In this document: piece by piece, positions 7,901 to 16,702 of the stretch | Position numbering within the stretch: the stretch's first letter is position 1 | How the letters are laid out: every line of letters starts with the position of its first letter | DNA from: Gammaproteobacteria bacterium | GTDB taxonomy: Bacteria > Pseudomonadota > Gammaproteobacteria > JBIOEC01 | Reading direction: 5' to 3' | Assembly (NCBI GenBank): GCA_965279305.1 | Contig: OZ257143.1 | Coordinates: forward strand, 1,560,001-1,592,000 | DNA length: 32,000 nucleotides | The notes under the pieces: generated by a model | What the model was told of the DNA's origin: nothing | Seen by the model: only the letters and a program-made list of their open reading frames with translations | Databases searched by the model: none | Made by a program: the position numbers and the translations under genes

Positions 7901-10082
7901 ATGATAATGCGCTTACTGCAGGACTATCTGGCTCATCGTTAATATAGTTTTTCACCAAATCAGCGCCTGTCGTATCGTACATTTCTAACCATTTTAGGGG
8001 GGAGCGTCTTGAGCCCACTCCCTCGCGCAAAAAAACATCCGTCCATGCACTAACTGGTAGTTTAGATATTAATGCTTTGAGTAAGAAATAATTATTGATG
8101 GCTAATAATTCACGACCAGAAGGATGATGACATAGCCAATATAAAGCGCTGGTATTGGCATGCTTGCCTTTTTGCACTACATAATTCCAGGCGCTAGCGG
8201 GCAAGCTTAATACTCTCTCTAATAAAAGCAGATTATCATAAAACAAATCAATACCTGCATCATCACGACATAGTGAAAATAAACAACTGCTTTCACTATC
8301 TTGATCATACGATCCTTGAGATGTCCATACATGATCATCCATTTCTATTAAATAATAAATCAATCTAGGTTCTTTTGAGAGTAGTACTAAGCCTCTCTTT
8401 TGCGACATTAATATTGATAAAGGTGAAGTTCCTTTTAAAAAGCCACGTGATTCAATCGACCCCCATACGTATAGAGGCAATTTAGCGAGTATTTCAAAGG
8501 CTTTACCTACCTCTAATAAGTAAATCAGATCAGGAAGACAAATTAATTGTATGGCTGATAAACTTCTTTTTACAGAAAAAGGATTACTAAAATCCTTAGG
8601 CCTGAACGCTGCATACATTCTTGAGTAGTCTACCCCCCATTCACAATTTCTTGTTTTTGAAAAATCATTTTCAGGTTCAGAATCATTGCTTTTTACTGCC
8701 CACAAAACTTCACCCAGTCTACAAATTTTTTCTAATAATAAAGGCGATCTTGATAATAACTGAACAGAAAAGAGATTCATTAATGCATTTTGAAGTATAT
8801 TGCAATGTTCAAAAATAAGAGGTTTTATAATGGTCACAGAACCATCTTGTTGGTTGAATATTCTCCATTCGAGACTAGCTGCGCCATTTTGGTAGAATAC
8901 GATTTGTTTAAAGTAGTTTAAAATACTCTTAACACTCATGAAACAAACTCTTTTAAATAAAGGGTACGGTAGAGAAAATACACCGGTATGAAATGCTCGT
9001 TCCAAAATTTGTTGATCAGTAAAATGGATAGCTGCATCTACTAGGGTGTCCTCTGAAAATTCTTGAAATTTATCATCTAATAGAGGAAATGTAGTTAAAA
9101 CCCTATTATCTGAATCATGCGTTAATAATAAACCCAAAGCAGATAAAGCATTTTTTCTTTTGCTCCAAGTCTTTTCTGACAATCTGCACAATAAATTTCC
9201 AAAATCGCTATGAGATAACACTAGATTTATGCCCTCGGAGCTACTGAGCAAAGATTCCAATGGTTTTCGCGTAATTTGACCCAGATCATTTATCCCTCTT
9301 TTTCCCCACAGCTCATCCGGTAATGAGCAAAGCCTTCTAATTAATATAGGATGCTCTGCCATCCAAAAAATATCACTGGAAGAAAATAAAACATGCAACG
9401 GTGTCATATTGATGTCTGTAAACGGCCATATATAAGGATTAAATTGTGTAGTACAAGCCCATGCTTTCAATGAAAGAGAAGCAATTTTAGTAGTTAATGC
9501 AGGTTTTCGAAAGCAAGCATCGCTGGACAATAATAGACATGCTAAACGTAATGGAGTCTCATTATCCTGAACCATCCCAGGTGAATTTGTCCAACATGGG
9601 TCTGGTACTTCCGCAATAATATCAAAAAGTTGAGGATATTTTACTAAATATCTAGGGTTATTAAAAACTGACATTAAAAACTTTTTGGCCCAGAAAGGTA
9701 GTTTAAATATTAAGTCATTGAATAAATAATCATGGCGAAGCGAATATTCTAGTGAATAATCTAAGGTCTCACAAAAAAAATCTCCTAATCTAAGGTGGGC
9801 TACCGCAGCATATTCTGGATATGAAAAATACTCACTGACACGAGATAATATGAAAGAAGTTAATAAAGTTTGATTACCCTTAATATGATTTTCACTTTCT
9901 GAAAAAACGTTCGGTGTTTCAGAAAAAGGTAATTCCGGTATTTGCCTTAGCCTAGGTGCGCCAGAGTTCATTCTTGGACTATGAATGAAGACAGCAGAGG
10001 AAGGGCGCCTAATAACTTCAGGCACAGGACGTGGAGCAGCTTTAGATTTTTTCCAAGCACGCCCCTTTAATTTTTTAAACAT
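7884..10082 (-). CDS. Orphan 732-aa protein built from at least 8 degenerate ~45-50-aa repeats (LPxxxW...G...[ST]PL..L.....G..LL)
   Basis: ORF track. Repeats are visible by eye, for example LPASAWNYVVQKGKHANTSALYWLCHHPSGRELL, LPVSAWTDVFLREGVGSRRSPLKWLEMYDTTGADLV, LPLYVWGSIESRGFLKGTSPLSILMSQKRGLVLL and LPDELWGKRGINDLGQITRKPLESLLSSSEGINLV. Confidence 0.75.
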   Translation of the reverse strand: MFKKLKGRAWKKSKAAPRPVPEVIRRPSSAVFIHSPRMNSGAPRLRQIPELPFSETPNVFSESENHIKGNQTLLTSFILSRVSEYFSYPEYAAVAHLRLGDFFCETLDYSLEYSLRHDYLFNDLIFKLPFWAKKFLMSVFNNPRYLVKYPQLFDIIAEVPDPCWTNSPGMVQDNETPLRLACLLLSSDACFRKPALTTKIASLSLKAWACTTQFNPYIWPFTDINMTPLHVLFSSSDIFWMAEHPILIRRLCSLPDELWGKRGINDLGQITRKPLESLLSSSEGINLVLSHSDFGNLLCRLSEKTWSKRKNALSALGLLLTHDSDNRVLTTFPLLDDKFQEFSEDTLVDAAIHFTDQQILERAFHTGVFSLPYPLFKRVCFMSVKSILNYFKQIVFYQNGAASLEWRIFNQQDGSVTIIKPLIFEHCNILQNALMNLFSVQLLSRSPLLLEKICRLGEVLWAVKSNDSEPENDFSKTRNCEWGVDYSRMYAAFRPKDFSNPFSVKRSLSAIQLICLPDLIYLLEVGKAFEILAKLPLYVWGSIESRGFLKGTSPLSILMSQKRGLVLLSKEPRLIYYLIEMDDHVWTSQGSYDQDSESSCLFSLCRDDAGIDLFYDNLLLLERVLSLPASAWNYVVQKGKHANTSALYWLCHHPSGRELLAINNYFLLKALISKLPVSAWTDVFLREGVGSRRSPLKWLEMYDTTGADLVKNYINDEPDSPAVSALSSIAIS

Positions 10083-10281
10083 ACAATCTCAATCCGTGAA
10101 ATAATTTTGTTAAGCTACCATGTTTTTGTAAAAAAATTAAGTGAAATTTATCTAGCCTTGGGTAGGTTTATAGCTTGTTTGTCGCCCAAAACTGGCACAA
10201 TTGCGAATTCAGTGCTACCTTTCTTAAGGGAAGTCAATTCGATGATGAATTGGCTGTGTTACTACTTCATGGAGGAAACAA

Positions 10282-10665
10282 ATGATCACATCAATCTTTC
10301 TAGCGAAAGCGTTTACTATTTATCTTTTTATTCTGAGCATCGCATTATTTATGAACGCTCCTCATGCAAAAGCCGTTATTAAAGACGCGGTTAGCAGCCC
10401 AGCTATTTTAGCGCTTTCTGGAAGTTTAATGGTAATTGTGGGTGCTACTTTAGTACTTAACCACAATGTATGGACACCTAACTGGCATGGTGTTGTTACC
10501 TTGTTAAGCTGGGTTGTTCTTGTTAAGGGTGCTATTCGTTTAGCGTTCCCTGATGTTGCAAAAGACATGCTTAACAAATGTGCACAAAGCAAAAATGGTT
10601 TACAAATAAGCGCCGCAGTTGCCCTTGCTTTAGCGATTTACTTGGGCTACCACGTATTCATGTAG
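10282..10665 (+). CDS. Hypothetical 4-TM membrane protein (127 aa)
   Basis: Strong RBS GGAGGAAACAA before the ATG. The composition is hydrophobic throughout. Confidence 0.6.
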   Translation: MITSIFLAKAFTIYLFILSIALFMNAPHAKAVIKDAVSSPAILALSGSLMVIVGATLVLNHNVWTPNWHGVVTLLSWVVLVKGAIRLAFPDVAKDMLNKCAQSKNGLQISAAVALALAIYLGYHVFM

Positions 10666-10674
10666 GACATATAT

Positions 10675-10701
10675 GAGGGAAGGGCATATGGCCTTTCCCT
10701 C
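10675..10701. terminator. Hairpin between convergent genes, a possible bidirectional terminator
   Basis: GAGGGAAGGGC-atatg-GCCTTTCCCTC gives an 11-bp stem with one G-U pair. Only TTT follows on the plus strand. Confidence 0.4.
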
Positions 10702-10733
10702 TTTAGTAAGATTCAACCATCCTCTTCAAAAGC

Positions 10734-11369
10734 TTAAACAAATAAGTCAATAAAGAAATTAACAAAAGGACCTAAGATAATACTTAGTAGTCCAGTAGCA
10801 AATAAAACCAGCAATAATAAAAACCCAAAAGGCTCAATTCGATTATATTGATAGGCTATTTTTCTTGGCATAAAGCTAGCGATAACACGGCTTCCATCCA
10901 ATGGTGGAATAGGAAGCAAATTTAAAACCATTAATACCACATTGATAATCACCCCAATTTGACTCATGGTGAGAAGTGCAAACGCATAATTAATAGGTTC
11001 AGGATTAAATTTTAAAGAAACATGAGCTAAAACTGCCCAAAAAGCAGCCATAATTAAGTTAGAAAGAGGGCCAGCAATAGAAACGAGCGCTACATCGCGG
11101 CGTTGGTTATTAAAATTTTGCCACGTAATAGGAACAGGTTTTGCCCAACCAAAAATAAACCCTCCCAGAAGCAGCATAATGGCCGGCACGATGATTGTCC
11201 CAATAGGATCAATATGTTTTATGGGGTTAAGGGTAAGACGTCCCATTAGCTTAGCAGTAGGATCTCCTAATTTATTAGCCACCCAACCGTGAGCTACTTC
11301 ATGAAGAGTGATAGCAAAAATCACTGGAATAAAACTAATGGCAATTTTTTGAACAATTGATAATTCCAT
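10734..11369 (-). CDS. Site-2 protease family (peptidase M50) membrane metalloprotease
   Basis: HEVAHG (HExxH) sits in the first TM region. LNPIKHIDPIGT, GWAKPVPI and NLLPIPPLDG motifs are present. RBS GGAGAA. Confidence 0.85.
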   Translation of the reverse strand: MELSIVQKIAISFIPVIFAITLHEVAHGWVANKLGDPTAKLMGRLTLNPIKHIDPIGTIIVPAIMLLLGGFIFGWAKPVPITWQNFNNQRRDVALVSIAGPLSNLIMAAFWAVLAHVSLKFNPEPINYAFALLTMSQIGVIINVVLMVLNLLPIPPLDGSRVIASFMPRKIAYQYNRIEPFGFLLLLVLFATGLLSIILGPFVNFFIDLFV

Positions 11370-11431
11370 GTTTGTATTCTCCTATAAAGGCCAATTATAG
11401 GCCTGAACAAGAGCGGAAACAATCAACAAAA

Positions 11432-12547
11432 TTATTTCTTTTTTTGAAAGAGGCTTTTAAAAAAGCGGTATATTGGGCGCGAAAAAGGAATAGAAGTGGC
11501 TATTAAATACTTTATAGGCATTTTTTTTTCATAATTCGTTTCAAACGGAGGATAAAGACTTCCTAACCAGTCTAAATATTGTGGGATAGTTTTTCCCGTA
11601 GTGGCATAAATTTTTTGACTAAACGCTTCAGAAGCACATTGTGTAGCCTGATAAAGATAATCAAAAGCAAATATTCGATAAACAGGCACTTTATTGATAA
11701 CTGCTTGATGCCCTAAATACCATAAGGTATCAGCATCTTCTGAAAAAATGATATTACTAGAATAATCTGATCCAAAAATTTTAACGAGTTTATCAGGATA
11801 AGATACGGCCATTAATGCGTATTGTTTTAAAAATTGGGATAATTCATAAGAAAGCTTTGAATAGCTGTTTAAATTTTGGGCAGATTCGTTTCTACCGGTT
11901 TTCCAGACGGTTATTTTTTGCATAGTTTCTTTTGCAAACTTTACTTTTGATTGGAATAATAATCGGGTAAAAAATATCATATCTCCTATTCGGTGATAGT
12001 AAGATTCAAAACCACCCAGCTGTATATATTTTTGGGTTTTTATTAGCATTCCGCAAGGGTGAAGAGAATTCCCTAAAAAGAAAAAATGTTGTAAGTGTTT
12101 TTCCTGAGAGAACATGGAAATATCGCCGGAAAATAGGGTAATTGGCACTTTTTTTAAGGGTTTTCCTGACTCATCAACAAATAGATTGTTAAAAAAAACA
12201 GCGTCTAGCGCGGGATCCTCTTGAAAAAAAGAGAGTCCTAGAGCTATTCTCTCAGGGAAAAATATATCATCGGCAAAGAGAAAGGTTAAATATTCTGTAT
12301 CTGTTTTTAAGGCCTCAGAAACGGCAAATTCAGACTTCTGATTGATATTATTTCTAAATAATTGAACCCTTGGATCTTTGGTATATTCCTGAATTTGGCT
12401 CCAGGTATCGTCGGTTGAGCCATTATCCAGTATTTTAATCTTAATATTTTGATGAGTTTGAGCCAAAACGCTTTCTATAGCATTTAAACCATGAGGCATA
12501 TCGTTATAAAGCAAAACAATAACGGTTGTATCAGGGAGGGAGGGCAT
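11432..12547 (-). CDS. Family 2 glycosyltransferase
   Basis: N-terminal GT-A signature VIVLLYNDMPHGLNAIESVLAQTHQNIKIKILDNGSTDDT followed by FLFADDIF (DxD-like). Confidence 0.85.
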   Translation of the reverse strand: MPSLPDTTVIVLLYNDMPHGLNAIESVLAQTHQNIKIKILDNGSTDDTWSQIQEYTKDPRVQLFRNNINQKSEFAVSEALKTDTEYLTFLFADDIFFPERIALGLSFFQEDPALDAVFFNNLFVDESGKPLKKVPITLFSGDISMFSQEKHLQHFFFLGNSLHPCGMLIKTQKYIQLGGFESYYHRIGDMIFFTRLLFQSKVKFAKETMQKITVWKTGRNESAQNLNSYSKLSYELSQFLKQYALMAVSYPDKLVKIFGSDYSSNIIFSEDADTLWYLGHQAVINKVPVYRIFAFDYLYQATQCASEAFSQKIYATTGKTIPQYLDWLGSLYPPFETNYEKKMPIKYLIATSIPFSRPIYRFFKSLFQKKK

Positions 12548-12605
12548 AAAAATACTTCCTTTTTCCTATATGATACATGAGACTTGCCCGATGTAAAACT
12601 TCACA

Positions 12606-12626
12606 CCGCTGCAATGGCTGCAGCGG
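12606..12626 (-). terminator. Perfect 8-bp hairpin downstream of the small ORF; weak terminator candidate
   Basis: CCGCTGCA-atggc-TGCAGCGG. On the minus strand it is followed by TGTGAAGTTTT, a poor U-tract. Confidence 0.3.
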
Positions 12627-12643
12627 CGATATGCACCCGATCG

Positions 12644-12862
12644 TTACTTTTTAGGTAGTTTGGTAGTCCAAAACAATAAAGCTAAAGAAATACCACCATG
12701 TATTAGAATGCCATTCATATTAAGAGAAGGGATATCTGGGGTATGCAATACTAATTGCGCATGAAAGGGCAAATTGATGCTGTGCCATACTAAAATATGC
12801 AGTAAGGCATTAAAAAACTCTGCTCCTGCAGCAAATAAAACGAGATCTCTAAAGTTAAACAT
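12644..12862 (-). CDS. Small hydrophobic protein (72 aa)
   Basis: The track ORF runs 12644-12934. The internal ATG at 12862 is preceded by AAGGAGAG, so I prefer the shorter form MFNFRDLVLFAAG.... Two hydrophobic segments. Confidence 0.45.
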   Translation of the reverse strand: MFNFRDLVLFAAGAEFFNALLHILVWHSINLPFHAQLVLHTPDIPSLNMNGILIHGGISLALLFWTTKLPKK

Positions 12863-13007
12863 AACGCTCTCCTTGCGGTTGTTATTAAAATGAAAGTATA
12901 GTGTCTTACCGAGAAAAAACCAGGAACCTTCCAAGCTTTAGCAGATATCTGATTCCATTAATGCTAGAATATTTTTAGATGTTTAAATATTTTGGAGCTG
13001 AAATAAG

Positions 13008-13907
13008 ATGATTTCATTTAGGAACCTATTATCAATAACGTTAATATCAGCTTTAGGGGCTTTTTCTATGGCCTTTGCTGATAAAGAAGCGCCAACTCAA
13101 ACTATCGTACACAAAAAATTAATGGAACTTGAAGCGTCTGCTAATGGGCGATTAGGTATATCTGTGCTCAATACGGCAAACAATGAACATATTGAATACC
13201 GTGCTGAAGAACGTTTTCCTATGCAAAGTACGTTTAAAGTGATGGTGGTAGCGGCAATTCTTAAGCAAAGCATGAATGATGATCAACTTCTTCAAAAGAA
13301 AATCAGCTATACAAAACAGGATATTGCCACTTGGTCTCCTGTTACTGAAAAACATATTTCCAAAGGAATGACTATTTCTGAACTGTGTGCAGCCGCTATT
13401 ATGTATAGCGATAATACCGCCGCCAATCTTTTAATAAAAGAACTGGGTGGGGCAAACGAAGTGATGGTATTTGCTCGTTCTATTGGTGACTATACTTATA
13501 GCTTAGAAAGAAAACCAGAAGAGTTTGCCTCTATTCCTGCTGATATTAACTATACCTCCACACCTGCAGCTATGGAAAAAAGCCTAGAAAAAATAATATT
13601 GGGCGATGTATTAGGAACAAAAGAAAAAGAACAATTACTCCATTGGATAAAGGAAAATACAACAGGCGATCTGCGAATACGCGCCGGTGTGCCAAAAGGG
13701 TGGGTGGTTGCCGATAAAACGGGCTCTGGCGATTATGGTATCACCAATGATATAGCCGTGATCTATCCGCCCACTTGCAAACCCATTATAGCTAGCATTT
13801 ATTTTATACAAAACAAAAAAGAAGCGACTACGCGTCCCGATATTATTGCTTCAGCAACACGTTACATTATGGATGACTTAGCAGAAAATGATGACTGTTT
13901 AAAATAA
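13008..13907 (+). CDS. bla: Class A (serine) beta-lactamase homolog with an atypical omega loop
   Basis: Signal peptide ...GAFSMAFA. S-T-F-K at aa 74-77, SDN 60 residues later (Ambler 70/130 spacing) and KTG in ADKTGSG. The omega loop reads LERKPEEFASIP instead of L.R.EP.LN..IP. Confidence 0.9.
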   Translation: MISFRNLLSITLISALGAFSMAFADKEAPTQTIVHKKLMELEASANGRLGISVLNTANNEHIEYRAEERFPMQSTFKVMVVAAILKQSMNDDQLLQKKISYTKQDIATWSPVTEKHISKGMTISELCAAAIMYSDNTAANLLIKELGGANEVMVFARSIGDYTYSLERKPEEFASIPADINYTSTPAAMEKSLEKIILGDVLGTKEKEQLLHWIKENTTGDLRIRAGVPKGWVVADKTGSGDYGITNDIAVIYPPTCKPIIASIYFIQNKKEATTRPDIIASATRYIMDDLAENDDCLK

Positions 13908-13940
13908 TTTATATTTGCTTGACAACTTACTTTTTTAACT

Positions 13941-13969
13941 TTGATTCTATTAAAAAATAGGAGTATAGT
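13941..13969 (+). promoter_or_regulatory. Sigma70-like promoter TTGATT-17 nt-TATAGT
   Basis: TTGATT at 13941-13946 and TATAGT at 13964-13969, upstream of the 14034 start. Confidence 0.35.
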
Positions 13970-14033
13970 AAAAAAATAGTATTTGAACAAAGGAGAGCCG
14001 ATAAACTACTTTTTTATAATGAGGAAACAAGCC

Positions 14034-14465
14034 ATGAAAAAAATTATTTCTTTTTTATTACCTTTAACTCTTTTTACTACAGTTGTTTATGCTTATGAAA
14101 AATCGCTAGCAATAGAACTTTCTGTCACTCCTGATTTGCCCCCGGAGCAAAAGGTACTTATCTACTACGAACTTTACGAAGATGATAATCCTGTCGCTTT
14201 TAAAAATATGCTCTTATCCAATCAAGAAAGAGAAGTGGTTGAACCCCAAGACCAATCTTCCTTCGCAGAACAAATAAAATTAAGCTCTATTCAACTCCCT
14301 GGACAAGATAAATTAGCCATGCATGGCTTGGAAGATTGCTTAGCCGGTATTAATTACAATGAAGATAGCTATAGTATTGTACTAGCACTCACTATTACTA
14401 GCACAGAAGAAGAGATAAAAGCTTCTTGTGAGCGTTATGTAACTCAATATATTCCTCTACCCTAA
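14034..14465 (+). CDS. Hypothetical secreted protein (143 aa)
   Basis: The track ORF starts at TTG 13983. The ATG at 14034 follows GAGGAAACAAGCC and opens a classic signal peptide MKKIISFLLPLTLFTTVVYA. Confidence 0.6.
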   Translation: MKKIISFLLPLTLFTTVVYAYEKSLAIELSVTPDLPPEQKVLIYYELYEDDNPVAFKNMLLSNQEREVVEPQDQSSFAEQIKLSSIQLPGQDKLAMHGLEDCLAGINYNEDSYSIVLALTITSTEEEIKASCERYVTQYIPLP

Positions 14466-14648
14466 ATTTATCTTTAAGGTTGTAAAACTTAGATAAAGGC
14501 CGAGATGGCTTGCCTATAGGTAATTATTCCTAATTGCAAAAACTTGAGGCCAATAATTCTCTTGAATAATTCTCATTTTGTAAGTTAAATACAACATAAT
14601 ATATAGCAATTAACTGGTATAGGCTGCTTGTATATAATGTTATAATAA

Positions 14649-14668
14649 CCGGGTGATCAATCACGGGG
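14649..14668 (+). promoter_or_regulatory. Near-palindrome CCGGGTGAT-CA-ATCACGGGG just upstream of the response-regulator start
   Basis: GTGAT/ATCAC is a perfect inverted repeat with a 2-nt spacer, and 7 of 9 positions pair when extended. It lies between TATAAT-like boxes (14633-14646) and the ATG at 14677. Confidence 0.3.
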
Positions 14669-14676
14669 TATAAAGA

Positions 14677-15054
14677 ATGAAAACGATATTATTTGTAGAA
14701 GATGATGGGATAAATCAGGCTATTGTAAAAGGCATGCTAAATAAAATGGGATATTCAAATATTCAATTTGCAAGTACTGCTGCTCAAGCATTAGACTTAC
14801 TAGAAAATCCAGGCCTTAAAATTGACGCAATATTGATGGATCTGGGTCTACCAGATATGGATGGGGTTGAACTCACAAAAAAAATAAGAGCTAGCAGCCT
14901 TACTGCAAAGGGCGTTCCTATTATTGCTATTACTGGAAATAGTCGCGAAAAAGCCAAAGAAGAAAGTTTAGCAGCAGGAATGAATGCTTTTTTGACCAAA
15001 CCAGTTAAACGAGAAATTTTAGAAAGTACGCTCAGTGAATTTCTTAATGATTAA
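14677..15054 (+). CDS. Single-domain (CheY-like) response regulator
   Basis: Receiver signature ILFVEDDGINQ, ILMDLGLPDMDG (phospho-acceptor Asp), PIIAITGN and FLTKP. No output domain. Confidence 0.9.
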   Translation: MKTILFVEDDGINQAIVKGMLNKMGYSNIQFASTAAQALDLLENPGLKIDAILMDLGLPDMDGVELTKKIRASSLTAKGVPIIAITGNSREKAKEESLAAGMNAFLTKPVKREILESTLSEFLND

Positions 15055-15070
15055 AAAAAGACCAGGCTTA

Positions 15071-16702
15071 CTATTTTTTATTTTTCCAGTTTGTCCATGC
15101 CTCAACTATTTTTTTATCTAATTCACTAGGTAGAATAGGTTTTTTTATAAAATCGAAGCAACCCATCTCTCTCGCTTTATCGTACCATTTTTTATCTCTA
15201 TTTTGCTTTGGATGAAGGGATAATAATTTCATTAATGAAAAATATTTTTCATCTTTGTGGAGATTATTTATAAGCTCAAGTGGATTATTGATCTCGTCGT
15301 CTACTATTAAAATTTCAAAAGGGTTTTTATTTTTTAGTGCATCTTCCAGCTTATTAACTACCTCAGAGCTATTTGTCTTTGAAATAAAAGCTTGTTCAAA
15401 CTGATTAAAAAGTGTCTCAGTTGATGTAATTTTGTCGCTTACAATAAGTATACGGACTCTTTGATGAAGTTTTTCCCACTCGGATACGAAGAATGCCATA
15501 TCAAGGGCTTGAAATGGAAGGTTGACGGTAAATTTGGTGCCTTCTCCTGGTTCACTCTCAACCTCAACTTTACCATTAAGTTTATCTACCAACTCTTTTA
15601 CCACCGATAAACCAATACCATGGCCTGCTTTCAAGCCTTTATTAGATAACTCTAAGCGATGAAACCGCTCAAAAATTTCTTTATATTTATCTTTAGGTAT
15701 TCCTTTGCCTGTATCTTTTACGGCTATTTGCAAATCGATATTATCGCCTTCTTTAGAAAAGACACTCACTGATATAGAGATGTGTCCTTCATCAGTAAAT
15801 TTAACTGCATTACTAATCAGGTTAAGCAAAATGCTTGTGACACAATATGCATCGCTTATTAAATGGCGCGGGACATCTGCGGGATAGCAGATTATGATAT
15901 CTACGGGCTTATTTTTTAACTGGAATCTAAATCCGTCAACCACCGACTCTATAATTTCGAGTAAATTAAGCTCTTCTTGGACTATCTCAAGCGTCCCAGA
16001 AGCAATTTTTTTATAGTTCAATATATCATCAACAAGATCTATCACTCTCAATGTTGATTTTTCTTGCATAGTAATAAGCTCTTGTATGTCCTCCGGTAAC
16101 TCTGGTTTTCTATCCGAGAGGAGTTGTACTGTCCCATAAATACCATTAAGAGGTGTTTTAAAATCATGGCTCATGTTTTCCATAAAAGCATCTTTGGCAA
16201 GATTAGCTGCTTCTGCCTTTTCTTTAGCTTCTAGTAAAGCTGCTTGAGTTTCTTTAAGTTCAGTAACATCAAGAGAATTACCAATAATTCCTATAACATT
16301 ATCATTCTCATCTAAAAATGGAAGTTTAAGGGATGTAAAAAACCTACGACCTAGTTTAGGTAAATTTACAACTTCCTCTTTATAGAGGGGTTCTCGAGTT
16401 CGCATTACCTCAATGTCGTTTTGCCTTAGTTCCTCGGCTTGTTCGGGCCATAAATCGAAATCGGTTTTTCCTATAAAATCTTTGCGGGAAGCAATATTAA
16501 TAGCTTCTAATAATGCTTTGTTACAACCCAAATAATGGCCTTCTTTGTCTTTCCAGTAGAAGTTACCTGGCATAACATCTGTCATTTTTTCCAAATAGCT
16601 TTGAAAAGTGTTTTTTTCAGAAGGGCGATCGTTTGAGTTTTGAGGATTTTTCTTACTTATTTTATTAGAAGATAGTTGCTGAGCTTTAGTTTTCTTTACC
16701 AT
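15071..16702 (-). CDS. Cytoplasmic PAS-containing hybrid sensor histidine kinase (PAS, HisKA, HATPase, divergent receiver)
   Basis: H-box SHDFKTPLNG (His179), N-box LLNLISNAVKFT, G1 VKDTGKGIP, F IFERFHR and G2 GHGIGLSVV. C-terminal receiver-like region at aa 416-537. No TM segment seen. An alternative start lies at 16585 (Met40). Confidence 0.9.
   Translation of the reverse strand: MVKKTKAQQLSSNKISKKNPQNSNDRPSEKNTFQSYLEKMTDVMPGNFYWKDKEGHYLGCNKALLEAINIASRKDFIGKTDFDLWPEQAEELRQNDIEVMRTREPLYKEEVVNLPKLGRRFFTSLKLPFLDENDNVIGIIGNSLDVTELKETQAALLEAKEKAEAANLAKDAFMENMSHDFKTPLNGIYGTVQLLSDRKPELPEDIQELITMQEKSTLRVIDLVDDILNYKKIASGTLEIVQEELNLLEIIESVVDGFRFQLKNKPVDIIICYPADVPRHLISDAYCVTSILLNLISNAVKFTDEGHISISVSVFSKEGDNIDLQIAVKDTGKGIPKDKYKEIFERFHRLELSNKGLKAGHGIGLSVVKELVDKLNGKVEVESEPGEGTKFTVNLPFQALDMAFFVSEWEKLHQRVRILIVSDKITSTETLFNQFEQAFISKTNSSEVVNKLEDALKNKNPFEILIVDDEINNPLELINNLHKDEKYFSLMKLLSLHPKQNRDKKWYDKAREMGCFDFIKKPILPSELDKKIVEAWTNWKNKK

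Noticed and set aside
10107-10382. 91-aa plus-strand ORF in the divergent intergenic region
   Set aside because: It overlaps the well-supported 10282 gene, which has a GGAGG RBS, in another frame. It has no RBS and an odd composition, so it is likely spurious.
13983-14033. TTG-extended N-terminus of the 14034 gene, and similarly 24073-24111 for the GT2 gene
   Set aside because: For 13983 the extension would bury a classic signal peptide, and the internal ATG has a good RBS. For 24073 the evidence is weaker, so I kept it as an alternative start in the feature note.
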